A stretch of DNA of 64,000 bases from a virus, in IMG/VR virus record IMGVR_UViG_3300050821_002963, positions 1 to 64,000 of that record. One strand, given 5' to 3'. The position numbers and the translations under genes were made by a program. Positions 30,822 through 39,517 of the stretch are shown piece by piece. The notes below the pieces were generated by a model, which did no database searches, was not told the origin of the DNA, and saw nothing but the letters and a program-made list of their open reading frames with translations. Position 1 is the first letter of the stretch. The number at the start of each line of letters is the position of its first letter.

Positions 30822-32198
30822 ATGTCTGAAGAAACATTCTTGTCTGATGCGCATTTTGTGGATGAGCTGATAAAACGCCTAATTCATGATCGCCAATTCT
30901 TGGAGACGGCTTCTCATTTACTTTCAGCGGAAGATTTCTCGAAACTGGATGCACACGAAGGCAATGAAAGAAAAGTAGTGGCTGGTATGGCTCTGGATTT
31001 CTGGAACAGATACAGAGAACCATTGGGGCCGATGCTAAGGGCGGAATGTCTACAATGGTCTCAGAGGTCTGGGGGTTCGGCAGCGAACAAGGCCAGGTTC
31101 TTGGAATATGCAGATACACTGAAGATGAATGGCCACAAGCCTGCACCAGCCGAGGCGGTGCTGGAGAAAGTAAAGCAGTACAAGATAGACAAGGAAATCA
31201 CCAAAGCTATGCTACAGATGCAATCGGGTCTGGAGAAAGGGCTGATGACGCCGGACTTATTCATGGCGGCGGCGAGAAATGTGGTAGACGCGGTTGGTAA
31301 GGACTTTGGTCGGCCAAAGAATATTTTTTCCGATAAAGAACTGGAATTGAGAATAGCGCGGCGGCAGCTACAGATGCAAAGGGATAGGTTCCCGGTACTT
31401 CTCATTGACCCTATCGACAGGATGATTAGGATTATCTCCAGACGACACTTGGGACTGATACTGGCTCCATATAAGAGGGGGAAGACAACTCTCTTCGTTT
31501 GGTTGGGACTAGCCTATGCTTTGCAGGGACTTAACGTACTACACTTCACATTGGAAGACCCAAGAGAGGATATAGAAGACAGATACGATTCAGCTATCAC
31601 TGCCCTGCCTACGACCAGACTGGCTCAGGTACCTGAAAAGGTGCGGGCACGGTTCAAGCTCTATAAAAGGTTGATTCGGTCCAAGGTAAAGGTGGTCGAT
31701 GGGACGAACGGGGACACGACTATCGGTACGGTAGAGAATACTTGGGAGAGGGAAAGAAACAACGGATTCACAGCAGATGTGGTATTGATAGACTACGACG
31801 ACGAAATCCGGCCCATGAAGAAGAGAGATGAAAGGAGAATGGAGTTTGCGGACATCTATCGGGACTACAGATCGTTTCTTGGAAGGAACCAATTAATCGG
31901 TTGGGTAGCTTCCCAGACGACTAGACGGTCGGAAGATATGAAAATCATCTCCGGTAAGGAAATCGCGGAAGATATCTCAAAGATAAGAAAAGCTTCTTTC
32001 GCGATGAGCATGGGCAAGGGAGAGTGGGGAGATAACTCGGTCTTCCTTTGGGTGGCTGCACACAGATACGATAAGCAGTATGTCGGGGCTCACGTTATCA
32101 CGGACTACGACCGGGGCATATTCTACGACAGAGACGAGACTTTGAAAAGGGAGAAAATAGAACGTGCGAAAGCAACAGCGGCAGCAACGAAACCCTAA
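30822..32198 (+). CDS. DnaB-like replicative helicase
   Basis: Walker A APYKRGKT, FTLE, VLIDYDD, ASQTTR motifs. Confidence 0.88.
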   Translation: MSEETFLSDAHFVDELIKRLIHDRQFLETASHLLSAEDFSKLDAHEGNERKVVAGMALDFWNRYREPLGPMLRAECLQWSQRSGGSAANKARFLEYADTLKMNGHKPAPAEAVLEKVKQYKIDKEITKAMLQMQSGLEKGLMTPDLFMAAARNVVDAVGKDFGRPKNIFSDKELELRIARRQLQMQRDRFPVLLIDPIDRMIRIISRRHLGLILAPYKRGKTTLFVWLGLAYALQGLNVLHFTLEDPREDIEDRYDSAITALPTTRLAQVPEKVRARFKLYKRLIRSKVKVVDGTNGDTTIGTVENTWERERNNGFTADVVLIDYDDEIRPMKKRDERRMEFADIYRDYRSFLGRNQLIGWVASQTTRRSEDMKIISGKEIAEDISKIRKASFAMSMGKGEWGDNSVFLWVAAHRYDKQYVGAHVITDYDRGIFYDRDETLKREKIERAKATAAATKP

Positions 32199-32745
32199 AA
32201 TCGGTTACCATCATACGTCTTGGGAATGTTGGAAGCAGATACAGAAGGCTGGGGCTATCCTTCCTTATCGGCACATGAGACACGAACAGGAATTGGTAGA
32301 CTCTGGATTCAAGCCACCAGTTCTGGGGGTTTGGATTTGGACTGAGCCTATGGATTTGGCTTCGGAATACGCCAACGTGTTTTGGCACGTGTGTACTAAA
32401 AGGACGAAGAGAGTCGTGATACTACAGGTCGAGTGGTACGAGAGTGAGAGGTTGCTGACAGGGGATGGGAGAAACTATGTTTCCCTCTATCACAGAATCA
32501 CGTGGGACAATGTGGTGGAGTTTCACGAGAACTCGATAGCGACCATCCTCGGTAGTCCGATACCACTGGCTGGAATAAAACTACTAAGGGAGTACGACTT
32601 TTCAGATCATGTGAGGATAGTCCATGACTTTAATCGTTCCTACGGCGTACAGGCGCCTTTACTACCGGGAAAGGAAACAGAACATTTGCCTGAGGTGTTT
32701 CAAGCCAGCCACAGTCGGCTTGAGATGCGACAAGTGCAGGGCTGA
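32164..32745 (+). CDS. Hypothetical protein
   Basis: ORF only. Confidence 0.4.
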   Translation: MRKQQRQQRNPKIGYHHTSWECWKQIQKAGAILPYRHMRHEQELVDSGFKPPVLGVWIWTEPMDLASEYANVFWHVCTKRTKRVVILQVEWYESERLLTGDGRNYVSLYHRITWDNVVEFHENSIATILGSPIPLAGIKLLREYDFSDHVRIVHDFNRSYGVQAPLLPGKETEHLPEVFQASHSRLEMRQVQG

Positions 32746-33108
32746 AAGAAAACAACAGAACGTTGGGAGGAAGAGATGAGAGTAAAAGTAGGAACTCATA
32801 CGGTGACTGGTGGAGATATATGGGGTAGAGCAGCAGGCATCTTGGAAATGTTGAGAAACCGCGGTGATAAAATACTAGCTGTGGTATGTTGCGAGATGAC
32901 GCTGGTGATTTATCACGAGTATGAGGAGAAGTAGATGAACAACGATTACGCAGAAGATGCGGAAGAGATACTGGACACTGCTATCCAGAAGGTGCCAGAG
33001 GATGCCACGGAAGTGGACATCCATGTTACGTGGAAGACTCTGGAGAGCGATAACCTAGAATCGGAGTACGTGCCGGATGTAACGGTGAAATGGAAGAGGG
33101 GAGTATGA
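32624..33108 (+). other. Three short ORFs below the track cutoff: 32624-32779 (CxxC..CxxC zinc finger), 32776-32934, 32935-33108
   Basis: Read by hand; coupled starts and stops, RBSs. Confidence 0.5.
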
Positions 33109-33109
33109 G

Positions 33110-33226
33110 GTGTTTGACTTCTTCGATATCCTCTCCCAGCACGGGATTGAGGTAAAGGAAAGTTACGGCTCGGAAGACGAGTTCAGAATCAATTGTCTGT
33201 TCTGCACGGACATGGGAGTTAGTTAG
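33110..33226 (+). pseudogene. Orphaned 5' fragment of the primase gene (38 aa)
   Basis: MFDFFDILSQHGIEVKESYGSEDEFRINCLFCTDMGVS*; 22 of 36 residues identical to the primase N-terminus at 33702. Confidence 0.9.
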
Positions 33227-33709
33227 ATGAAAGAAAAGTGGAGGCCAGTTTGCGGGGGAAAGTATCAGATATCTGACTCGGGAAGATTTCGTAATGCTAG
33301 AACAATGCAGCTACTGAAAATTGGTCATGGAGCTACAGGCGGTTATGCGACAGTTGTGTTTTATGATGAACAGGCTCGTCAAGTTACAAAAAGAGTACAT
33401 CGTTTGGTAGCAGCAGCCTTTCTCGGTCCTTGTCCAGTTGGTATGGAAGTGAATCACAAGGATACGAATAAAAGAAACAATTGTTTGGACAACTTAGAGT
33501 ACGTGACCTCGAAAAGGAATCATGCACACGCTAGGAGTAGAGGATTGTGGTCCTCTTGTAGAAATCGCTATTATCTTACTCCAGAATTGGTTTTGAGAAT
33601 TAGAAAGGAAGCAGCAACAAGGACTTGTGCTGACGTTGGAAAAGAATTTGGCCTAGCCCCTCAGACAGTTTCGAATATTAGAAACTACAGAGTTTGGAAA
33701 AATGTTTAA
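33227..33709 (+). mobile_element. NUMOD4-HNH homing endonuclease
   Basis: EKWRPV..YQISDSGR, VHRLVAAAF, EVNHKDTNKRNNCLDNLEY; C-terminal HTH. Confidence 0.92.
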
Positions 33710-34652
33710 CTTTTTTGAGCTGCTAAGCCAGAAGGGCATAGACATTAGGGAGAATGCCTCTAGCCAGGATGAGTATCGTATATGCTGTTTATTTTGTGTT
33801 GATATGGGCTACACACCTGATTTTAAGTTCAGACTTGGGTTCAACGTTCAATCTGGATTGGGGCATTGTTTTAACTGCGGTTGGTCTTCTAGAAAAGTAA
33901 TCATAGAGATTCTGAAAAAGCTGGGAGAAGGATACCAGGAAGTAACGACGGAGAACTACACCAAGCAGACTAGGAAAAGACCGGAGCCAGTTAAGTTACC
34001 AGAAGGATTTGAGCTATTAGCAGACACGGATGAAGACGACCCAATGTTCGGGGAAGCAAGGCGGTATGTGGCAAAGAGGGGAATTACCGAGAATCAGCTG
34101 AAAAAACACCTAATAGGAGCGACGGTAGCCGACTATCGTTACAAGAACAGTATCATCTTCCCCGTACCAATGGCGGATGGGAAGCTGGCTGGTATCGTGT
34201 CGAGAGACTACACGGGAAAGCGGGACCCAAAGTATTTGAACTCCATTGGTACGAAAGTAATCTATAACGTGTTTGGGGACTACTCGGAAGTGGCTGTGAT
34301 TCTCTCGGAAGGGATTACGAAGGCACTGGCCATAGAGAGGGCGGTAGGAGAGGGCATATGCTCTGGTGCGACTCTTGGCCACTCCATAACGGACACGCAG
34401 ATAGAAGGGTTGAAGAAATTCCGGGAAGTAATCCTTTTTCCAGACCCAGACTACGCCGGGCTGGTTGGGTTTATTGGCGTGGCGGCGAATCTGAGACCAG
34501 TGGTGAGGAAAGTAACAATGGCGTGGCCATGGCCACAGAGACAGGCAGACGACTTATCGGTAAAAGAAATCAGAGAGCACCTGAGAAATAGAAAAGAGTT
34601 TACCCCAGCGGTGCAGTTGCGGTTGAAGATGGAGTTGAGAGGTAGGGGATGA
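33702..34652 (+). CDS. DNA primase (Zn finger + TOPRIM)
   Basis: CLFC...HCFNC, PKYLNS, ILSEG, FPDPD.AG motifs. Confidence 0.9.
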   Translation: MFNFFELLSQKGIDIRENASSQDEYRICCLFCVDMGYTPDFKFRLGFNVQSGLGHCFNCGWSSRKVIIEILKKLGEGYQEVTTENYTKQTRKRPEPVKLPEGFELLADTDEDDPMFGEARRYVAKRGITENQLKKHLIGATVADYRYKNSIIFPVPMADGKLAGIVSRDYTGKRDPKYLNSIGTKVIYNVFGDYSEVAVILSEGITKALAIERAVGEGICSGATLGHSITDTQIEGLKKFREVILFPDPDYAGLVGFIGVAANLRPVVRKVTMAWPWPQRQADDLSVKEIREHLRNRKEFTPAVQLRLKMELRGRG

Positions 34653-34813
34653 GTCAGAGTAAATGTTGGCAATGTCATCGGGAAGTTTCGACAACGTGCG
34701 ATTGTTGCGACAAGGCACTTTGTGATTACTGCTACGACCAAGGACAGGGCAAGTGCGACTACTGTGTAGAGAACTGTGACCAGAGGCACAACGATTGCAG
34801 GACGAAAGAATAA
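34649..34813 (+). CDS. Cys-rich zinc-finger microprotein (54 aa, 11 Cys)
   Basis: MSQSKCWQCHREVSTTCDCCDKALCDYCYDQGQGKCDYC...; ATGA overlap with primase. Confidence 0.55.
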   Translation: MSQSKCWQCHREVSTTCDCCDKALCDYCYDQGQGKCDYCVENCDQRHNDCRTKE

Positions 34814-34815
34814 AA

Positions 34816-35706
34816 ATGGCGGAAGTAATCCTAGTGGACGGGAAAATGATGGGCTTCCGGGCTCACTATTCTCATCTGGCTCTAAGAACGAGGCAGGGAG
34901 AATCTTCTGGGATGCTGCACGGGTTTCTGGTGGAGTTGATGCAGATAAACAAGACCAAGCCAGAAGCCAAGATTGTGGTCTGCTGGGACGGACCGGGGAA
35001 GAATTGGCGGCATGGGGCGTTTCCAGCGTACAAGGCGAACAGAACCCATAACGCGGAATACAAGAATCTCATCTCCCAGTCGGAAATTCTTTTACACGCT
35101 TTGCAAGATTTGGGATTGAAGGTGGCGGTCGTTGCGGGTGTGGAAGCGGACGATATGTTGGGGGTGCTTTCCACTAGGCTTTCGGAAAAGAATGACGTGC
35201 TGGTGTACTCATCGGATAGGGATATGTACCAGTTAGCTGGGCCACGAGTAAAGGTGTGGCCTGGATACAAAAGTAATCCGATGGGTACTCAGGAGATAGA
35301 AAAGTGGTTGGGGGCTCCGTTCAGCTCGCTCATGGAAATCAGGGCCATGGCTGGTGATGCTGGTGATAACCTGAAGGGTTTACCGCGAGTTGGGTACAAG
35401 ACGGCGGTAAAATTGTGGAAAGGGGGTACGACGCTCAAGTCCTCTTCGCATGGCTTCGCACAAGAGGACTGGAACAGAATGCTAAAGGAACACAAATTGG
35501 CGTTAATAATCAGGGACGAGAATGCTCCATGCTGGACAGACGTGCAACGATTAAAACTCGGACAGTTGGTGCACGCGATTGTGAGACAGCCGGGTCGAGA
35601 TATGGTTTTGGCAGAGGAAAGGAAGCGGAAATTCTACGAGTTTCTGGGACGTTATGAACTCGAAGAAATCTTTCGCTCCCGAGCGAAACTTTATGCCATT
35701 CCATAA
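34816..35706 (+). CDS. 5'-3' exonuclease / flap endonuclease
   Basis: LVDG, WRH...YKANR, EADD, SSDRD..QL, GDAGDNLKGLPRVG.KTA motifs. Confidence 0.93.
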   Translation: MAEVILVDGKMMGFRAHYSHLALRTRQGESSGMLHGFLVELMQINKTKPEAKIVVCWDGPGKNWRHGAFPAYKANRTHNAEYKNLISQSEILLHALQDLGLKVAVVAGVEADDMLGVLSTRLSEKNDVLVYSSDRDMYQLAGPRVKVWPGYKSNPMGTQEIEKWLGAPFSSLMEIRAMAGDAGDNLKGLPRVGYKTAVKLWKGGTTLKSSSHGFAQEDWNRMLKEHKLALIIRDENAPCWTDVQRLKLGQLVHAIVRQPGRDMVLAEERKRKFYEFLGRYELEEIFRSRAKLYAIP

Positions 35707-35735
35707 TTGACATTAGATAAATGACATACTAAAAT
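35707..35735 (+). promoter_or_regulatory. Sigma70-type promoter
   Basis: TTGACA-N17-TAAAAT. Confidence 0.75.
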
Positions 35736-35786
35736 CGGGCTACGTTGTTTCTCTCAAACAAATCAAATTACGGGAGTCGCGTCTCT

Positions 35787-36341
35787 ATGAGAAAGACAAA
35801 AGAGCAAAGGACGGTTGAATTGGTCGGGCAGTACCGGGGCCTGGCCATGAAGCTTGCGTGGGACTATTGGAAGCGGTTACCAGCAGCCACGAAGATGTGG
35901 GTGGACCCGGATGACCTGATAGCAGAGGCCATCTGTCATATCGTGACGTTCGTGTTGAACGATTACGATAAGAAGCGGGCGAGCCTGAGTACATTTATGT
36001 ATTGCAGTACGAATGGACATCTCATGAACTTCGCGTTGGCCCAGACCGCGGCCAAGAGATATGGATTCCGGGCGGACTTGGAAGACGCGTGGGGAGTGGG
36101 AGTCAAGGAGTCAAAATTCCAGTTGGTGGATGCCCTGAATGCTTTCGAGGCGGTTTACGGTCAGGCTTCGGAAGGATTGCAGGACGAGATTTGTCAATGG
36201 TTTGGCGTGGATAGAAAAGCCCCGAGACGGTCTGCGGAAGGGAAAGAGTTGATTCGGGAGTTCGGTCATCTGGCTTACCAGAACAGACTCTCTGAATCGG
36301 ATTGTCGGCTCTTATTGCGGAGCGGAGTATGGGTTCCATAG
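35787..36341 (+). CDS. Phage sigma-factor-like protein (region 2)
   Basis: YRGLAMKLA...DDLIAEA...YDKKRASLSTF resembles sigma70 region 2. Confidence 0.7.
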   Translation: MRKTKEQRTVELVGQYRGLAMKLAWDYWKRLPAATKMWVDPDDLIAEAICHIVTFVLNDYDKKRASLSTFMYCSTNGHLMNFALAQTAAKRYGFRADLEDAWGVGVKESKFQLVDALNAFEAVYGQASEGLQDEICQWFGVDRKAPRRSAEGKELIREFGHLAYQNRLSESDCRLLLRSGVWVP

Positions 36342-36601
36342 AAGACAAGCAGCTGCTGTGGTGTCTCCTTTGTAGCAACCGGTTCACGGTCCGGGACGCA
36401 GAGGAGGGAAGATATCGGGGAGGGACCGGTATCTGCATGGAGTGCTATACCAGCATGGCGAAAAGTACAAAGACTTGTTTCGGGAAACAATCAGGCGAAG
36501 GCTTGGCGGGGTATGACGAGTCAGCGGAGGAGTGCCTCCGGTTCTGTCCGGACCGGAAAGTCTGTAAAGAGTTCGTCACCATTCAAAAAAGGCTCGGTTA
36601 G
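36329..36601 (+). CDS. Cys-rich small protein
   Basis: CxxC..CxxC..CFG..YD...EC...C.....C. Confidence 0.55.
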   Translation: MGSIEDKQLLWCLLCSNRFTVRDAEEGRYRGGTGICMECYTSMAKSTKTCFGKQSGEGLAGYDESAEECLRFCPDRKVCKEFVTIQKRLG

Positions 36602-36764
36602 GGAGAAAGCGTTCCACTTTCTACAGAAAGACAGGACGTTACCAGAGCTACGTACGTTCATCCGAAAGCTGGGGGCATCACCCCAGGACCTCCTGAGGTA
36701 CCTGAGGAAGTACGAGTTAATCATGGAGTTTCAAGAGAAAGTAACCTGGAAGTATCATGCCTGA
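36513..36764 (+). CDS. Small basic, possibly winged-HTH protein
   Basis: ORF; SPFKKGSVREKAF...TLPEL pattern. Confidence 0.35.
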   Translation: MTSQRRSASGSVRTGKSVKSSSPFKKGSVREKAFHFLQKDRTLPELRTFIRKLGASPQDLLRYLRKYELIMEFQEKVTWKYHA

Positions 36765-37770
36765 GAAGAAAAAAGAGAATAAGCTGGTTCTGGCAAACGG
36801 GCCTGTGCCAAAAGTCGTGCCTCAGTCGGACGAGACCCCGATTGTGTATTTGTCCCATTCGATTGTGCATACCAAAGAACTGGAAAGAGAATTTCTGGAT
36901 TGCACGGGTGTGAGATACAGGTGCTGCTCATTTGTGTATCTGCACCCGGAAGCAATCTACTGGACTCCTAGAGCGTGGGAAGGCTACGAAGTAAATGTGG
37001 AACGGGGCAACCATATCATGATGGATTCGGGTGCGTTCTCGTTCCACACCTTTCTATTCAAGAACAAGAACATTCCTAATGTCAACCAACTCAGGGATAA
37101 GACGATAGAGCTGTACGTGGAGTTCTGTAAAAAGAGACAGAAGGAATGGGACTTCTATGTGACGTTCGACTACGTTAGAGAGGTGGAAGTGGTATGGAGG
37201 ATTACGAAAGAGTTGGAGGCCCATGGTATACGCCCAGCTCCGGTATATCACGGGGACAAGTCATTAGATTGGATGCGACGGTATCTGGATGCCGGTTACA
37301 AGAGAATTGGTATATCGTCTTTGCTGGGAGTGCGGTCGAAGCACACCACTTTGAGATTTTACCTGGACAGGTTATTCAAATTGGTGGAACCTTACAAAGT
37401 AAAGCTGCACGGATTTGCCATGACTTCTCTGTCAACGATGTATGCCTATCCTTGGCACAGTGTGGACTCGAGCAGTTGGAGCCGAACGTCTTCCTACGGT
37501 TGCATTTACCTAGTGGACGAAGGCCGAAACTCTTTACGCTCGATACACGTGTCTTTAGAAAATTCTACGAATACGAATTCGGTTTCCAAACTATCAAAGG
37601 AGAGCCAGAAGTCAGTCCGGGATTATGTGGAGGGCAAAGGCTTCGACTTCGACTTGCTAAGACGGTCGGTGACCTACAGACACATCTTTAACGGTTGGTT
37701 GTTCTCGCACTTAGGGAGTTTCAAAAAACAGATACAGGATACGCACGTAAAGTGGGGGACACTTCTATGA
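36757..37770 (+). CDS. TGT/DpdA-like transglycosylase (7-deazaguanine insertion into DNA)
   Basis: IMMDSGAFS, PVYHG, LHGFAMT, PWHSVDSSSW motifs; coupled to folE. Confidence 0.75.
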   Translation: MPEKKKENKLVLANGPVPKVVPQSDETPIVYLSHSIVHTKELEREFLDCTGVRYRCCSFVYLHPEAIYWTPRAWEGYEVNVERGNHIMMDSGAFSFHTFLFKNKNIPNVNQLRDKTIELYVEFCKKRQKEWDFYVTFDYVREVEVVWRITKELEAHGIRPAPVYHGDKSLDWMRRYLDAGYKRIGISSLLGVRSKHTTLRFYLDRLFKLVEPYKVKLHGFAMTSLSTMYAYPWHSVDSSSWSRTSSYGCIYLVDEGRNSLRSIHVSLENSTNTNSVSKLSKESQKSVRDYVEGKGFDFDLLRRSVTYRHIFNGWLFSHLGSFKKQIQDTHVKWGTLL

Positions 37771-38423
37771 GTAGTCTGATTATGCCGGTAACGACAACGG
37801 TCAAGATACCGGGACTTTCCAAAAAGGCTTTTGAACAGGACGTGGAGTTGGCGATGACGAATATCCTGCTATCACTGGAGAAGAATTCTGGAAAGAAGAT
37901 AGTAGGAGATGGGAACTTTTCTGCTACTCCGTCTAGGGTTGGAAGAGCGTATGTAGAATTGCTGGACGGAATGTTTCATGAAAATGGGGTGAAAGAAATT
38001 CTGGCTACGACGTTTCCAGCGAAAGGCGACGAGATGGTAACCGTTGGACCAGTAGACACGTGGTCAGTATGTGCCCATCATTTCTTACCAGTGCATCTGC
38101 ATGTATGGCTAGCATATATTCCAAGAAAGAAAGTGCTGGGGCTTTCTAAGTTGGCACGGTTGGCAGAGCTATTGGCTAAGCGGCCTGGATTACAGGAGGA
38201 TGTGACATTCGATATTGCTAAAACACTTTATGATGGGTTGAAACCATTGGGGGCAGCTTGTCTTATCAGAGGTAGACATCTCTGTATGGAGATGAGAGGT
38301 GTTAAGAAATCTTCGGTGACTACGACTACATCTTTACAAGGAGCTTTTAAGAAGAATGCTGCGGCCAAGTCTGAGTTCCTAGAAGCAGTCAGAGCAGACA
38401 TGGCAGATAATGGGAGATGGTGA
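37767..38423 (+). CDS. folE: GTP cyclohydrolase I
   Basis: TPSRV, CAHHFLP, GLSKLAR, LQE, HLCMEMRGV motifs. Confidence 0.95.
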   Translation: MSSLIMPVTTTVKIPGLSKKAFEQDVELAMTNILLSLEKNSGKKIVGDGNFSATPSRVGRAYVELLDGMFHENGVKEILATTFPAKGDEMVTVGPVDTWSVCAHHFLPVHLHVWLAYIPRKKVLGLSKLARLAELLAKRPGLQEDVTFDIAKTLYDGLKPLGAACLIRGRHLCMEMRGVKKSSVTTTTSLQGAFKKNAAAKSEFLEAVRADMADNGRW

Positions 38424-39517
38424 TGAACTGGGCGGAGGTTGAGAAGCAACAGTTACTGGATGCGGCATCCATCCTAGAATTGGTGCCACAGAGAGCGGGA
38501 GTTCCTTCCTCAGATTTCGTTAGAGTAAGGCATGGGAAGAAGTATATTGAGATGTCTCTGTCCTCAGTAGTGAATGCTGTGGTCAGGGTAGCGGGCAAGA
38601 ACTTGGAAGAAGCGAAAGACTTCTTCGTGGATAGAAGGTTGCTGATACCTTTTATTCAGGTGGGTAAGGGATGGAAGGGAGATTTCAAATTAGGGCTGGA
38701 GGATAGCAAATGGCTATTGAAACAGGGCAGTCGAACAGCGGAATTGACAATGCGGATGGAGCCGCTGGGGGGATATGGCTCATGGAGGGAAAAGGCTGGG
38801 TTGAAGGAAGTGAAGCTATCGGAAGAGTTGAGGAAGCTATTGCTCGTCTCGCAAGGGTGTGCGACGGCAGACCCATCGCTGCCTTTTCTCAACTGCGTGT
38901 ATATCGGGGAGAAGCTGGTGCTAGCCACCAATGGAACCTTAATGTTTGTTGGTTTGAGGCAGAAACAAGACAGCCTACGCTTCCCTTTTCCGATAGGAGT
39001 GATTCCACTAATAAGTGACAGTCTGGTTCAGGCGGTGGGCGTGGAAGGGGACCAGGTAATCCTGGATTGCGGAATAGGTTTCATCGAAGGCTCGGTCTCG
39101 GCCATCACGCGGAAAGACTTTCCAAAGAAAAGTATCGTCGAGAGGGCACAAGCAGCGAAGGCCTATCCAGTACTGACAAAGTTGCCGGCGGAGAGAGTAG
39201 CGAGGATGCTGGAAAGGTTATCTGGGTATCTGGCCAGTGTCAAGCGAGAAGACCTTATCCTCAGATTGGAAGTTGGGGGTGAGAAAGTAAAGGCTATCGT
39301 TAGGGTGCAGCAGGCGAAGTTTGAGGAGTCAATAGAGGTAGAAGACCTGAAAGGAGAAGGGACTTTGGACTTTCCTTTTGATCTTGTAAAACCTGTATTG
39401 GACTACATAGCTGAGCACGATGAAAAGATTACGATCCGGGTGGATGAGAAGAAGAAGTCTCCTTATCTGATTTCTGGGGCGAGTGTGGCACTGTTGGTGG
39501 CTAGAAGGGAAAAGTAA
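38417..39517 (+). CDS. DnaN-like sliding clamp
   Basis: 366 aa; CATADPSLPFLNCVYI..LVLATNG resembles the beta-clamp domain II motif; directly upstream of the polymerase. Confidence 0.7.
   Translation: MVMNWAEVEKQQLLDAASILELVPQRAGVPSSDFVRVRHGKKYIEMSLSSVVNAVVRVAGKNLEEAKDFFVDRRLLIPFIQVGKGWKGDFKLGLEDSKWLLKQGSRTAELTMRMEPLGGYGSWREKAGLKEVKLSEELRKLLLVSQGCATADPSLPFLNCVYIGEKLVLATNGTLMFVGLRQKQDSLRFPFPIGVIPLISDSLVQAVGVEGDQVILDCGIGFIEGSVSAITRKDFPKKSIVERAQAAKAYPVLTKLPAERVARMLERLSGYLASVKREDLILRLEVGGEKVKAIVRVQQAKFEESIEVEDLKGEGTLDFPFDLVKPVLDYIAEHDEKITIRVDEKKKSPYLISGASVALLVARREK

Noticed and set aside
33224-33229. TAG reassignment or read-through suggested by in-frame TAG-ATG junctions
   Set aside because: Long genes are intact under the standard code, TAG ends genes at sensible places, and TAA-ATG junctions occur too; this looks like translational coupling
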